Below are positions 44,145-54,377 of a stretch of 64,000 nucleotides of DNA, piece by piece. The translations under genes were made by a program, and so were the position numbers. The stretch comes from an uncultured Ignavibacterium sp. (GTDB taxonomy: Bacteria; Bacteroidota; Ignavibacteria; Ch128b). Under the pieces are notes generated by a model. The model was not told where the DNA came from. It made no database searches and saw only the letters and a list, made by a program, of their open reading frames with translations. The number at the start of each line of letters is the position of its first letter. Position 1 is the first letter of the stretch. The DNA is taken from NCBI GenBank assembly GCA_964454895.1, contig CAYVTW010000001.1, positions 248,724 through 312,723 of the forward strand. Reading direction: 5' to 3'.

Positions 44145-44357
44145 TTATCTAATAATTTTAACTTCAGCAGCCTGAAGACCTTTTGGTCCTTGCTTTACTG
44201 AAAATTCAACTTTATCGTTTTCTGCAAGTGTTCGGTAACTATTACCAATGATTGATTGATAATGTACGAATACATCCTCACCATTATCTTGTGTGATGAA
44301 TCCGTAACCTTTAGAACTGTTGAACCATTTTACGGTTCCTTTTCTACGCTCTGACAT
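44145..44357 (-). CDS. Cold-shock protein (CspA family)
   Basis: GTVKWFN, KGYGFI (RNP1), VFVH (RNP2); SD GAAGGAG. Confidence 0.97.
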   Translation of the reverse strand: MSERRKGTVKWFNSSKGYGFITQDNGEDVFVHYQSIIGNSYRTLAENDKVEFSVKQGPKGLQAAEVKIIR

Positions 44358-44657
44358 ATCAGAAGCTCCTTCAAATAATTTGTTAATGATTTAGTTTTTG
44401 CGACAGGTTTGAAGTTGATGCTTGGAAGCTTACTGAAGGTTCGAAAAAATTTGTTTCTACTACTACAGACTTACAAAACAACTGTCTGCTAATACAATAT
44501 AGATAGATTAATTGTAAAATCATAATCTCATTAAGATTAATTTCTCAATTTTTCTTTGAGTTTCTTCTTAAATTGGAATGAAGTTTTTTTATTTGAATAA
44601 ATCCCTTTCAAAATATACTTTGCAAATAAACAAATAAATAAAGAAAGGAAATACAAA

Positions 44658-45077
44658 ATGGATAAATCAGTAATTGATCAATTAGTCTACCTTGTAGGTG
44701 AAGAGGCTGCAATTAAAGCCGTTTGTAATATCACCGAGAAAGGTCCAATTGATGTTGAGCGTGATGCAAAAAAAATCGAAAGAGCAAGATGGTTTGGCCT
44801 TCTTGAAAATGATTCGCTTACATTAACTGAAATGGGAAAAATATTTGCTGCCAAACTTTTAATAGACATGACAGATACTACTTCTGATGACGATGAAGAA
44901 GAGGAAGAAGATGATGATGAACTTGATGATATCGATGAAGAAGATTTAGACGAAGAAGACGATACAGATTATTTAGATGACGATTGGAGCGATGATGACT
45001 GGGAAGACGAAGATTGGGATGATCAAGAAGATGATGAAGATGATAAACCTAAAAGGGGAAGAAAAGGAAGAAGATAA
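44658..45077 (+). CDS. Hypothetical protein with hyper-acidic tail and basic terminus
   Basis: SD AAGGA; upstream TATACTTTG box; 139-aa ORF followed by a hairpin terminator. Confidence 0.8.
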   Translation: MDKSVIDQLVYLVGEEAAIKAVCNITEKGPIDVERDAKKIERARWFGLLENDSLTLTEMGKIFAAKLLIDMTDTTSDDDEEEEEDDDELDDIDEEDLDEEDDTDYLDDDWSDDDWEDEDWDDQEDDEDDKPKRGRKGRR

Positions 45078-45104
45078 TAGAAATATCGCACTAAATTTTT
45101 AAAT

Positions 45105-45142
45105 AAGCTGAGTTGAAGCTAGATGTTTCATCTCAGCTTTTT
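45105..45142 (+). terminator. Probable terminator after the acidic-protein gene
   Basis: AAGCTGAG-t-TGAA...TTCA-t-CTCAGCTT followed by a T-run. Confidence 0.65.
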
Positions 45143-45497
45143 AATTAAAAATATACTCTCAATTCTTCCACTCGAAAATCTATTATTACTCCGTAACGTT
45201 TATATTTTTTTCTTTTCTAATAATTATTGGGGATTTCAAAAAAAATTAATGCAGGAAGTAGCAACGAGAAAATAAATTAAGAACCTTTAGCATCCGAGAA
45301 ATATTCTGAACTTCAAGTCAAAAATATTTTATATAATTTTTCAAGTGAATTGGATTGACAAAGTGTGTATCGATACTATCCATCTGAAGTTCAAAATAAA
45401 TCATTAAAACAGTTGATTAACGATTTTATGATCATCAAAAAATGTGATTGTTTTATTAAACGATAATTCATTCCTTTGTAAATTCTTAGTGCTTTTT

Positions 45498-45505
45498 TAA
45501 CTTTG
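45498..45505 (+). promoter_or_regulatory. Putative -7 box (TAACTTTG) of asnS
   Basis: Exact TAnnTTTG match 21 nt before the ATG. Confidence 0.4.
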
Positions 45506-45526
45506 TAAAAATTTTTTGAAAAATTT

Positions 45527-46822
45527 ATGAAAAAAATATACATAGAAGAATTAATTAACTATATTGGTCAAGAAATAGAATTATCAGGTTGGGTTACCCA
45601 TAAAAGATCAAGTGGGAAAATAAGATTTATCGTATTGAGAGATGGAACAGGTATTTGTCAGTTAGTATTCGTTAAAAATCAAATACCTGAAGAAACATTT
45701 AACAAATTTGATGAACTCACCCAAGAATCCTCAATTAAAATTTTTGGTTTGGTAAAAAAAGAAGAAAGAGCTCCAGGTGGATTTGAAATAGAGGTTAAGA
45801 ACATTGATATAATACACATAGCTAAAGATTATCCGATCACACCAAAAGAGCATGGAATTGAATTTTTAATGGATCATAGGCATCTGTGGTTAAGATCTAG
45901 TCGACAGCACGCAATTTTAAGAGTAAGACACGAAATTATTAATGCGATTCGAACTTTCTTTAACAATAAAGGATTTATTCTTGTTGATGCACCAATCTTG
46001 ACACCTGCAGCTTGTGAAGGTACAACAACTTTATTTGAGACAGAATATTTTGATCTTGGAAAAGCCTATCTTACTCAGTCAGGTCAATTATATGCTGAAG
46101 CTGCAGCGATGGCTTTTGGCAAAGTTTATACTTTCGGCCCTACTTTTAGGGCAGAAAAATCAAAAACACGAAGACACTTGACCGAATTCTGGATGGTCGA
46201 ACCTGAAGTTGCATTCGCAGATCTGTACGATGATATGGATTTAGCTGAAGAATTTGTAGAATATATTGTGCAAACAGTGATTAAAAACCGAAGAAAAGAA
46301 CTCGAGTATCTCGAGAGGGATATTTCGAAATTAGAAAAAGTCCAAAGACCATTCCCAAGAATTCATTATGAAGAAGCTGTAGAAATTTTACATAAGAATG
46401 GTATCAATTTCGAATGGGGTAATGATTTTGGTGGAACCGATGAAACCGTTATTTCGGATCAATTTGATAAACCAGTTATGATACATCATTATCCTGCACA
46501 AGTTAAAGCATTTTATATGAAACGAGATCCGCAAGATGAAAGATATGCACTTGCAGTCGATATGCTTGCACCAGAAGGTTATGGAGAAATTATTGGTGGA
46601 AGTCAAAGAGAAGATGATTACGAAACTTTACTCAAAAGAATAGAAGAACATAATCTACCTCGAGAAGCCTTCGAATGGTATCTTGATTTAAGAAGATACG
46701 GTTCAGTCCCACATTCTGGTTTTGGTCTCGGAATAGAGAGGACTGTCGCTTGGATATGTGGGCTTGAACATGTCAGAGAAACAATTCCATTCCCAAGAAT
46801 GATTTATAGAAATACACCTTAA
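45527..46822 (+). CDS. asnS: Asparagine--tRNA ligase
   Basis: OB domain [53 protein letters not shown]. Confidence 0.96.
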   Translation: MKKIYIEELINYIGQEIELSGWVTHKRSSGKIRFIVLRDGTGICQLVFVKNQIPEETFNKFDELTQESSIKIFGLVKKEERAPGGFEIEVKNIDIIHIAKDYPITPKEHGIEFLMDHRHLWLRSSRQHAILRVRHEIINAIRTFFNNKGFILVDAPILTPAACEGTTTLFETEYFDLGKAYLTQSGQLYAEAAAMAFGKVYTFGPTFRAEKSKTRRHLTEFWMVEPEVAFADLYDDMDLAEEFVEYIVQTVIKNRRKELEYLERDISKLEKVQRPFPRIHYEEAVEILHKNGINFEWGNDFGGTDETVISDQFDKPVMIHHYPAQVKAFYMKRDPQDERYALAVDMLAPEGYGEIIGGSQREDDYETLLKRIEEHNLPREAFEWYLDLRRYGSVPHSGFGLGIERTVAWICGLEHVRETIPFPRMIYRNTP

Positions 46823-46845
46823 ACTGAGGAGAAAATAATACGGAA

Positions 46846-47361
46846 ATGAGTCTGGAAATAATTACCTTCATAATCCTCGCAATAATCGGTGTTGTCTCAG
46901 CAATAATGTTAATCCTTCAAAAAAATCCTGTCTATTCTGCGTTGTTATTAATATTTCATTTCTTTGCGTTAGCTGGTTTTTATCTTTTATTGAATGCACA
47001 GTTTATCGCTGTACTTCAAATACTTGTTTATGCTGGGGCAATAATGGTTTTATTTGTATTTGTTATAATGTTATTAAACCTTCAGAACGAAGAAGCTCTG
47101 AAAGATCCATTCAACTTGAGAAAAATTATTGCTTCTATTTTGGGATTTGTTTTATTACTTCAGTTTGGAGTTTTCTTCTTTTACAAAGCAAGACACGATT
47201 TAGATCTTAAACCTTCTCCTGATTCAATTGAAGCTGGTTCAATTAAAAGGATTGGAGAGCTTCTTTTTACAACATATTTAATTCCATTTGAAGTAACTTC
47301 ATTTTTACTTTTAATTGGAATCATTGCAGCAATAGTTCTAGCAAAGAGGAAATTCGAATGA
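46846..47361 (+). CDS. nuoJ: NADH-quinone oxidoreductase subunit J
   Basis: [33 protein letters not shown]. Confidence 0.93.
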   Translation: MSLEIITFIILAIIGVVSAIMLILQKNPVYSALLLIFHFFALAGFYLLLNAQFIAVLQILVYAGAIMVLFVFVIMLLNLQNEEALKDPFNLRKIIASILGFVLLLQFGVFFFYKARHDLDLKPSPDSIEAGSIKRIGELLFTTYLIPFEVTSFLLLIGIIAAIVLAKRKFE

Positions 47362-47660
47362 TACCAATAAGTTATTATCTAATCTTAAGTGCAGCTTTCT
47401 TTTCAATTGGGATTGTAGGAGTATTAATTAGACGAAATGCCATTATCATCTTTATGTGTATTGAGTTAATGTTAAATGCTGTTAATCTAACTTTCATTGC
47501 ATTCGCTTCATTCTTTGGCGATAGTAGCGGACAAATTTTTGTTTTCTTTGTGATGGCTGTCGCTGCAGCAGAAGCAGCTGTAGGTCTTGCAATTATCATC
47601 GCTTTGTTCAGAAACAAACTCACAATTAATGTTGATGAAGTAAACATTCTTAAATGGTAA
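47358..47660 (+). CDS. nuoK: NADH-quinone oxidoreductase subunit K
   Basis: [25 protein letters not shown]. Confidence 0.95.
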   Translation: MIPISYYLILSAAFFSIGIVGVLIRRNAIIIFMCIELMLNAVNLTFIAFASFFGDSSGQIFVFFVMAVAAAEAAVGLAIIIALFRNKLTINVDEVNILKW

Positions 47661-49603
47661 AAGAAATAATGATAACAAATTACATTTACCTCGCCGTAAT
47701 TTTTCCATTTATTGGTTTTATAATTAATGGTCTTTTGGGATATAAAATCAAAAACGAAAAAACGATTGGTTGGATTGGCAGTGGTGTTGTTGGTATTGCT
47801 TTCTTAATTTCTGTACTCTCTTTTTTCGAATTGCTGGGTCTTCCCGCTGAGGAAAGAAAAATTATCGTCCCGCTTGTTAAATGGATTGCTGTTGAAAGAC
47901 TTGATTTATCCTTCAGTTATCTTGTTGATCCTTTATCGCTTGTTATGTCGCTTGTAGTAACTGGTGTAGGATTTTTGATTCATATCTATAGTATTGGTTA
48001 TATGCACGGTGATAAAGGGTTCTGGAGATTTTTTGCATATCTGAATCTTTTCATTTTTATGATGATGAATTTAATTCTAGCTGACAATTTCGTTTTGATG
48101 TTTTTAGGTTGGGAAGGTGTTGGACTATGTTCATACCTTTTAATTGGTTTTTGGTATGATCGAAAATTTGAAAATAGCACTACCGCAGATGCTGCAAAAA
48201 AAGCTTTTATTGTAAACCGAATTGGTGACTTTGGCTTTTTACTTGGAATGTTTTTGATTTATAAGACCTTCGGCAGTTTGAATTTTGATGAAGTCTTTAC
48301 ATTAGCAGTCAAACTCCCAGTTGCAGAAGTTACCATTACACTGATTACGCTTTTTCTCTTCATAGGTGCAACTGGAAAATCTGCACAGATACCGCTTTAT
48401 GTCTGGTTGCCCGATGCGATGGCAGGCCCAACTCCAGTTTCTGCATTAATCCATGCTGCCACTATGGTTACAGCTGGCGTTTATATGGTTTCGAGAGTCT
48501 CAGTTTTGTTTGTACAATCTGAAATTACGATGATGATTGTGGCTGTTGTCGGTGCATTTACTGCAATCTTTGCCGCATCAATGGGCCTTGTTCAAAATGA
48601 TATCAAAAAAGTTTTAGCTTATTCTACAATTAGTCAACTTGGTTATATGTTTCTTGCATCTGGAGTTGGTGCATTTACTGCTGCCATTTTTCATCTTATG
48701 ACTCATGCGTTTTTCAAGGCTTTATTGTTTCTTGGTGCAGGTTCGGTAATACATGCAATGCATGATGAGCAAAACATCAAAAATATGGGTGGATTAAAGT
48801 CCCATCTACCTGTTACATACAAAACATTTTTTGTAGCCTCTTTAGCAATTGCTGGTATTCCACCTCTTTCAGGATTTTTCTCGAAGGACGAAATTTTGTG
48901 GGATACTTTTGCGAGTGGTCATACATTTCTTTATTTAATTGGACTTATTACTGCCTTAATGACCGCATTTTATGTGTTTAGATTATTTAATTTGACTTTT
49001 GAAGGAAAATCAAGATATCCATCTCACATTCATCCACATGAATCTCCAAAAGTAATGACTATTCCATTAATTATTCTTGCTGTGCTCTCTGCTATTGGTG
49101 GTTTTGTTGGAATGCCTGCTGTATTTGTTGGTGAGAATGGTAATTTATTCAAAAATTGGTTACATCCAGTTTATGAACCTGCTGAAAACTTCATGCTTCA
49201 CATTTCACTTCATTCACATGCAACTGAAATTTTATTAATGGTTATCTCTGTCCTCGTCGCTTTGACTGGAATTTTGCTGGCTCGTCATTTTTATTTGCAA
49301 AATATTAGACCAATTGAGTGGTTAATCGATAATTTCAAGAAAATTTATAAACTATTATTCAATAAATATTATGTTGATGAAATTTATGATTTTCTAATTG
49401 TTACACCGATTGTAAAAGTTTCTGAAAAATTTTTGTGGAAGTTTAGTGATAACATTATAATTGATGGTTTTATCAATGGAACAGCTGAATTGATAGATGA
49501 AATTGCCAAGGTAATTCGCCGAATCCAAACTGGAATAGCTCAATTCTATGCACTCATAATGATTTTTGGAATAACTCTAATAATCTTTCTACTATTAATA
49601 TGA
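47654..49603 (+). CDS. nuoL: NADH-quinone oxidoreductase subunit L
   Basis: [54 protein letters not shown]; start could be 47669. Confidence 0.96.
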   Translation: MVKEIMITNYIYLAVIFPFIGFIINGLLGYKIKNEKTIGWIGSGVVGIAFLISVLSFFELLGLPAEERKIIVPLVKWIAVERLDLSFSYLVDPLSLVMSLVVTGVGFLIHIYSIGYMHGDKGFWRFFAYLNLFIFMMMNLILADNFVLMFLGWEGVGLCSYLLIGFWYDRKFENSTTADAAKKAFIVNRIGDFGFLLGMFLIYKTFGSLNFDEVFTLAVKLPVAEVTITLITLFLFIGATGKSAQIPLYVWLPDAMAGPTPVSALIHAATMVTAGVYMVSRVSVLFVQSEITMMIVAVVGAFTAIFAASMGLVQNDIKKVLAYSTISQLGYMFLASGVGAFTAAIFHLMTHAFFKALLFLGAGSVIHAMHDEQNIKNMGGLKSHLPVTYKTFFVASLAIAGIPPLSGFFSKDEILWDTFASGHTFLYLIGLITALMTAFYVFRLFNLTFEGKSRYPSHIHPHESPKVMTIPLIILAVLSAIGGFVGMPAVFVGENGNLFKNWLHPVYEPAENFMLHISLHSHATEILLMVISVLVALTGILLARHFYLQNIRPIEWLIDNFKKIYKLLFNKYYVDEIYDFLIVTPIVKVSEKFLWKFSDNIIIDGFINGTAELIDEIAKVIRRIQTGIAQFYALIMIFGITLIIFLLLI

Positions 49604-51132
49604 TGCCTATGAAACATTACTTACTTACACTAACAATATTTCTACCTCTACTTGGAGCGATAATCCTCTTATTCATTAAAAATGAAAAAAAGAATCTTCT
49701 TAAATATTTCGCTCTTACTATTTCGATTATAACTTTCCTCTTATCTCTTGGATTGTTTTTTGGATATCGTGATAATCAAGTAGGTTTTCAATTTGTTACT
49801 AAAATTGAATGGATTAAAAGTCTTAATGTCAGTTATCATATTGGGATAGATGGAATTTCTCTTCTACTAATATTATTAACAACATTTTTAACACCTATTA
49901 CAATTCTTTCAGCATGGGAAAGTATAAAACACAAGGTTAAAGAATTTCTCTTTTTCTTTCTCGTTCTTGAAACTGGAATGATAGGTGTATTTGCTTCCTT
50001 AGATTTGTTTTTATTTTACATTTTCTGGGAAGCCATGTTAATTCCAATGTATTTCATTATCGGTGTGTGGGGCGGTGAAAATCGAATTTATGCTGCAATA
50101 AAATTTTTCTTATATACGATGTTTGGAAGTTTGTTGATGCTTGTTGCCATAATTGCTTTAGGCGTTTCTGCGATGGAAAGATTAGGTTATTTCACTACCG
50201 ATTACACGGTATTAAAATCTATTTCACCGACTTTAGTTCATTCGACACAATTGTTAATGTTTCTTGCTTTCGGGTTAAGTTTTGCTATTAAAGTTCCTGT
50301 ATTTCCATTTCATACATGGTTACCTGATGCACATGTTGAAGCACCAACTGCTGGTAGTGTTATACTTGCTGGTGTGTTACTTAAGATGGGAACTTACGGT
50401 TTGTTAAGATTTTGTCTCACACTATTCCCACAAATTTCGATTGAGCTTGCACCTTATTTAAGTATTCTTGGAATTATAGGAATTATTTATGGTGCACTTG
50501 TATCTATGGTTCAACCAGATATGAAAAAATTAATAGCTTATAGTTCGGTTTCACACTTAGGTTTTGTTGTATTAGGAATTTTTGCTTTAACTGTTGAAAG
50601 TAATCAAGGCGCTTTAATTCAGATGATTAATCATGGTTTATCAACTGGTGCACTATTCTTGCTAGTAGGTATGATCTACGATAGAAGACATACAAGATTA
50701 ATTTCAGAATTTGGTGGGATTGCTAAGGTTGTACCTGTTTATTCAACTGTATTGTTAATCGTTTCACTTAGTTCAATTGGATTACCAGGCTTGAATGGTT
50801 TTATTGGTGAATTTTTAATTTTGATTGGAGCCTTTAAATCACCAGTATTGAATAGCTATTGGTATGCTGCATTTGCTGCAACGGGTGTTATCTTTGCTGC
50901 TGTTTATTTGCTCTGGATGTACCAAAGAGTTGTTTTTGGAAAATTAGAAAATCCACACAACAAAGAATTAAAAGATTTGAATAAGAGAGAAATTGGTTTA
51001 CTACTACCAATACTTTTATTTATAGTTTGGATTGGCATCTATCCTTCAACATTCTTGAACAAATCTGAGCTTTCAATTAAAACAATATTGAAAGATGTGA
51101 ACCCGCAAAAAATAGAGCTGATCAAAAGGTGA
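49600..51132 (+). CDS. nuoM: NADH-quinone oxidoreductase subunit M
   Basis: FWEAMLIP, KFFLYT, HTWLPDAHVEAP, LLKMG, NHG, GLPGLNGFIGE. Confidence 0.95.
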   Translation: MMPMKHYLLTLTIFLPLLGAIILLFIKNEKKNLLKYFALTISIITFLLSLGLFFGYRDNQVGFQFVTKIEWIKSLNVSYHIGIDGISLLLILLTTFLTPITILSAWESIKHKVKEFLFFFLVLETGMIGVFASLDLFLFYIFWEAMLIPMYFIIGVWGGENRIYAAIKFFLYTMFGSLLMLVAIIALGVSAMERLGYFTTDYTVLKSISPTLVHSTQLLMFLAFGLSFAIKVPVFPFHTWLPDAHVEAPTAGSVILAGVLLKMGTYGLLRFCLTLFPQISIELAPYLSILGIIGIIYGALVSMVQPDMKKLIAYSSVSHLGFVVLGIFALTVESNQGALIQMINHGLSTGALFLLVGMIYDRRHTRLISEFGGIAKVVPVYSTVLLIVSLSSIGLPGLNGFIGEFLILIGAFKSPVLNSYWYAAFAATGVIFAAVYLLWMYQRVVFGKLENPHNKELKDLNKREIGLLLPILLFIVWIGIYPSTFLNKSELSIKTILKDVNPQKIELIKR

Positions 51133-51141
51133 GGATTATAA

Positions 51142-52581
51142 ATGTATAAAAATTCTGTTGCTATTCTTCTTGTATTATTTTCTTTGAGCTTATTAATTCC
51201 AGAAAATTTATCTGCTATAGATAATCCTGGAACAGGTCATAAAACGGAGGTTTCTCAATCACAAGAACATAATATTTTTGAAAATCCGCCATCACCCTAC
51301 ATGGTGATTCCGTTCATTGTTTTATTACTGATGATTTCCACTGGTCCACTTTTTTACAAACATTTTTGGGAACATAATTACCCAAAAGTTTCAATTACAC
51401 TTGGTTCTGTAACTGTATTGTATTATCTATTTATATTTAACGATCCCATTAGCTTATTACACACACTCGAAGAATATATTTCCTTCATCGCACTTCTTAC
51501 ATCGTTATTTGTTGCATCTGGTGGAATTTTAATTAAAATTGATAGAAAATCGACGCCATTCGCAAATGTTCTTCTTTTACTTTTCGGTGCAGTAATTTCT
51601 AACTTTATTGGAACGACTGGAGCTTCGATGCTTCTTATCAGACCATTCATAAGAATGAATCGAAATCGTATTAAACCTTATCATATTATTTTCTTTATTT
51701 TTATCGTCAGTAATATTGGTGGTGGTTTAACCCCAATAGGAGACCCGCCACTCTTCTTAGGATTTCTTAAAGGAATCGAGTTTTTCTGGGTCATTCAACA
51801 TGTATGGCATATTTGGTTGTTAACTATCGCAATTGTCTTAATGATATTTTTTCTAATTGATTATTCGAACTACAAAAAAGCTAACCCAGATGCGAAAGAG
51901 TACACTGGAAAAATTGAACTTAAGGGGAAAAAGAATTTCATTTATCTATTAGTGATTATAGTATCTGTTTTTATTGATCCAGCAGTGATGAGTTGGGTTC
52001 CTTCATTACATCCTTTGCCATTTGGAATTAGAGAAATAATTATGTTCAGTGTCGCTTTTATTTCTTATAAAAAGGCTGATAAAGAGGCGCTTAAAGGGAA
52101 TGAATTTAATTTTGAACCAATTAAAGAGGTAGCTTTCCTATTTGTTGGAATTTTCGCTACAATGATTCCCGCACTTCAACTTGTTGCATATGAGACACAC
52201 AAATACGGAGAGAAACTAACAGCAGATATCTTCTATTGGGGAACAGGTATTCTGTCATCTGTTCTTGACAATGCCCCAACTTATCTCAATTTTCTGAGTG
52301 CTGCTATGGGCAAGTTCGGTCTAAACATTGAAAATTTTGAGCATGTAAAAATTTTTGAAACACAAGATCCAATCTATTTGATGGCAATTTCTGTTGCTGC
52401 TGTATTTTTTGGCGCTATGACATACATTGGTAATGGGCCAAACTTTATGGTCAAATCAATTTCTGAGAGCTCTGGAATCAAACTGCCGACTTTCTTTGGT
52501 TATGTGGTTAAATATTCTCTCCCAATTTTAATTCCTGTGTTTACACTTGTTTGGTATTTATTCTTCTATGGAAGAGGTTAA
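51142..52581 (+). CDS. Putative ion transporter (sodium:proton antiporter / CitMHS_2-like, IT superfamily)
   Basis: SD GAGGA; signal-like N-terminus then many TMs; NFIGTTGAS, NIGGGLTPIGDPPLFLG, SSVLDNAPTY, GAMTYIGNGPNFMVK. Confidence 0.72.
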   Translation: MYKNSVAILLVLFSLSLLIPENLSAIDNPGTGHKTEVSQSQEHNIFENPPSPYMVIPFIVLLLMISTGPLFYKHFWEHNYPKVSITLGSVTVLYYLFIFNDPISLLHTLEEYISFIALLTSLFVASGGILIKIDRKSTPFANVLLLLFGAVISNFIGTTGASMLLIRPFIRMNRNRIKPYHIIFFIFIVSNIGGGLTPIGDPPLFLGFLKGIEFFWVIQHVWHIWLLTIAIVLMIFFLIDYSNYKKANPDAKEYTGKIELKGKKNFIYLLVIIVSVFIDPAVMSWVPSLHPLPFGIREIIMFSVAFISYKKADKEALKGNEFNFEPIKEVAFLFVGIFATMIPALQLVAYETHKYGEKLTADIFYWGTGILSSVLDNAPTYLNFLSAAMGKFGLNIENFEHVKIFETQDPIYLMAISVAAVFFGAMTYIGNGPNFMVKSISESSGIKLPTFFGYVVKYSLPILIPVFTLVWYLFFYGRG

Positions 52582-52584
52582 TGT

Positions 52585-52947
52585 ATGAAGATCAAAAAAG
52601 CATTAGAACAAAAAAAGAATGGTATTTATTATAATAATAGAATAATTCTTCCATTCAAGTGTGAGTTTTTAAAAATAATTTTTGAAGATACGATTATTAC
52701 AAATTTCTCTCCATCTAATCCAGATGTGGAAATTATTGAACATGAAAATTTCACGGATATCTACTTTAAAAAATGTAAAGACTTACAAACTGAATGCTCA
52801 AAATATGAATCAATTAAATTAGTTGTATGTGAAAAAGATGAAGATATCTTTGATTTTAACAATCATATAAAATTGCTCTTATATCTTGAGAATGAACATA
52901 TAATTAAAATCGAATTACCAAACGAAAATCAAATTATCATAGACTAG
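52585..52947 (+). CDS. Hypothetical soluble protein (120 aa)
   Basis: Fills the gap exactly: 3 nt after the upstream stop and 2 nt before the nuoN ATG; no TM and no recognised motif. Confidence 0.7.
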   Translation: MKIKKALEQKKNGIYYNNRIILPFKCEFLKIIFEDTIITNFSPSNPDVEIIEHENFTDIYFKKCKDLQTECSKYESIKLVVCEKDEDIFDFNNHIKLLLYLENEHIIKIELPNENQIIID

Positions 52948-52949
52948 CT

Positions 52950-54377
52950 ATGGAACTACAAACTTTTTTAAACATTATTCCTTTAATTGTTGTATCATTT
53001 GCAATCCTATTTACAATCATCTTTGAAGCTTTTATTAAAAAGAGTGAAGAGATTATTTATTGGTTTTCAGTTGTAGCAATTGTATTCATCATTATTTACT
53101 CACTATTAGATATTAACAATCAGAGCTATAATTTTTCAAATACCCTACATAGTGGTGGTATTACCAATTTATTTTATTTCATACTTGGTTTGACAGCTTT
53201 ACTTGTAATCATTTCAGCAAAAAACTATTTGGAAAGAGTTAACTATCATCATGGTGAATTTTATATTCTCACACTCAGTTCTCTACTCGGTATGATGCTT
53301 ATGGCTTCATCACGAGATTTGATGCTTACTTTTCTTGCTCTCGAATTAATGTCCTTAAGTTTTTATGTTCTCGCTGGATTTAATCGAAGGGTTTTATTCA
53401 ACAACGAAGCATCACTGAAGTATTTCCTTTTAGGTGCATTTGCTACTGGTTTCCTATTGTATGGGATTGCTTTAATTTATGGTTCGGCTCAAACAACAAA
53501 TCTAGTTTCTATTATAAATGAGTTTAACGAATTACTTTATAAACCGCTTTTTATTCTCGGTATTGTTTTGCTTCTAATTGGATTCTCGTTCAAAGTTGCA
53601 TCAGTTCCATTTCACATGTGGGTACCTGATGTTTACGAAGGTAGTCCTACGGTTGTTAGTGCTCTGATGTCTACAGCTGGTAAAACTGCAGCATTTGCAG
53701 CTATGATTATATCGCTTTATGGTTCAACTTCATCTCAAGTAAACTTTGAAACAATTTCAAATATTATTTCTATACTAGCAATCGCATCGATGATTGTTGG
53801 ATCAGTAACTGCGCTTGCTCAAACTAATTTGAAAAGAATGCTTGCATACTCAAGTATTGCTCATGCTGGATATATGCTGATCGGTTTTGCTGCAGCTAAT
53901 AAGCTTGGGATGGGAGGTGTAATTTTCTACTTAATTGTTTACTCGTTTATGAATGTTGCAGCTTTTCTTTTGGTTTCCATACTCGAGAATGATGCGGAAA
54001 GAAGAGTAACTTTGAATGATTATTCGGGTCTTGCTAATTCACATCCATGGTACGCTGCTATAATGGCTGTTGTAATGTTTGCATTATCAGGATTACCACC
54101 TTTTGGAGGTTTCTTTGGAAAATATTATGTCTTTATATCTGCAGTAAAAGCTGATTTAACTTATCTTGCTGTAATTGGTGTAATTTCAAGTGTAATTTCT
54201 GCATACTTTTATTTAAGAGTGATTGTTTACATGTACTTTAGAAAAGCTGATGAAAAACAAAATCTATATTATTCCCCGGCAGACAATTTTGTCTTAACAG
54301 TTACGATTTTATTTATTATTCAGCTTGGTATTACACCAAATATTATTCTTGATCAAATAACTAAGTTTCTACCATAA
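52950..54377 (+). CDS. nuoN: NADH-quinone oxidoreductase subunit N
   Basis: LELMSL, EASLKYF, FKVASVPFHMWVPDVYEG, KRMLAYSSIAHAGY, GLPPFGGF. Confidence 0.95.
   Translation: MELQTFLNIIPLIVVSFAILFTIIFEAFIKKSEEIIYWFSVVAIVFIIIYSLLDINNQSYNFSNTLHSGGITNLFYFILGLTALLVIISAKNYLERVNYHHGEFYILTLSSLLGMMLMASSRDLMLTFLALELMSLSFYVLAGFNRRVLFNNEASLKYFLLGAFATGFLLYGIALIYGSAQTTNLVSIINEFNELLYKPLFILGIVLLLIGFSFKVASVPFHMWVPDVYEGSPTVVSALMSTAGKTAAFAAMIISLYGSTSSQVNFETISNIISILAIASMIVGSVTALAQTNLKRMLAYSSIAHAGYMLIGFAAANKLGMGGVIFYLIVYSFMNVAAFLLVSILENDAERRVTLNDYSGLANSHPWYAAIMAVVMFALSGLPPFGGFFGKYYVFISAVKADLTYLAVIGVISSVISAYFYLRVIVYMYFRKADEKQNLYYSPADNFVLTVTILFIIQLGITPNIILDQITKFLP

Noticed and set aside
44886-45045. GAT/GAA/GAC-rich low-complexity DNA as a repeat array or CRISPR
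   Set aside because: It is the coding sequence of the D/E tract, with no constant repeat-spacer period
45300-45400. TGAACTTCA / TGAAGTTCA inverted repeat or T-box leader upstream of asnS
   Set aside because: Only 9 bp in very AT-rich DNA, and no T-box consensus or terminator/antiterminator visible
49600-52581. Two-NuoM (2M) complex I
   Set aside because: The gene after nuoM lacks NuoM/Mrp motifs, and NuoL is of ordinary length
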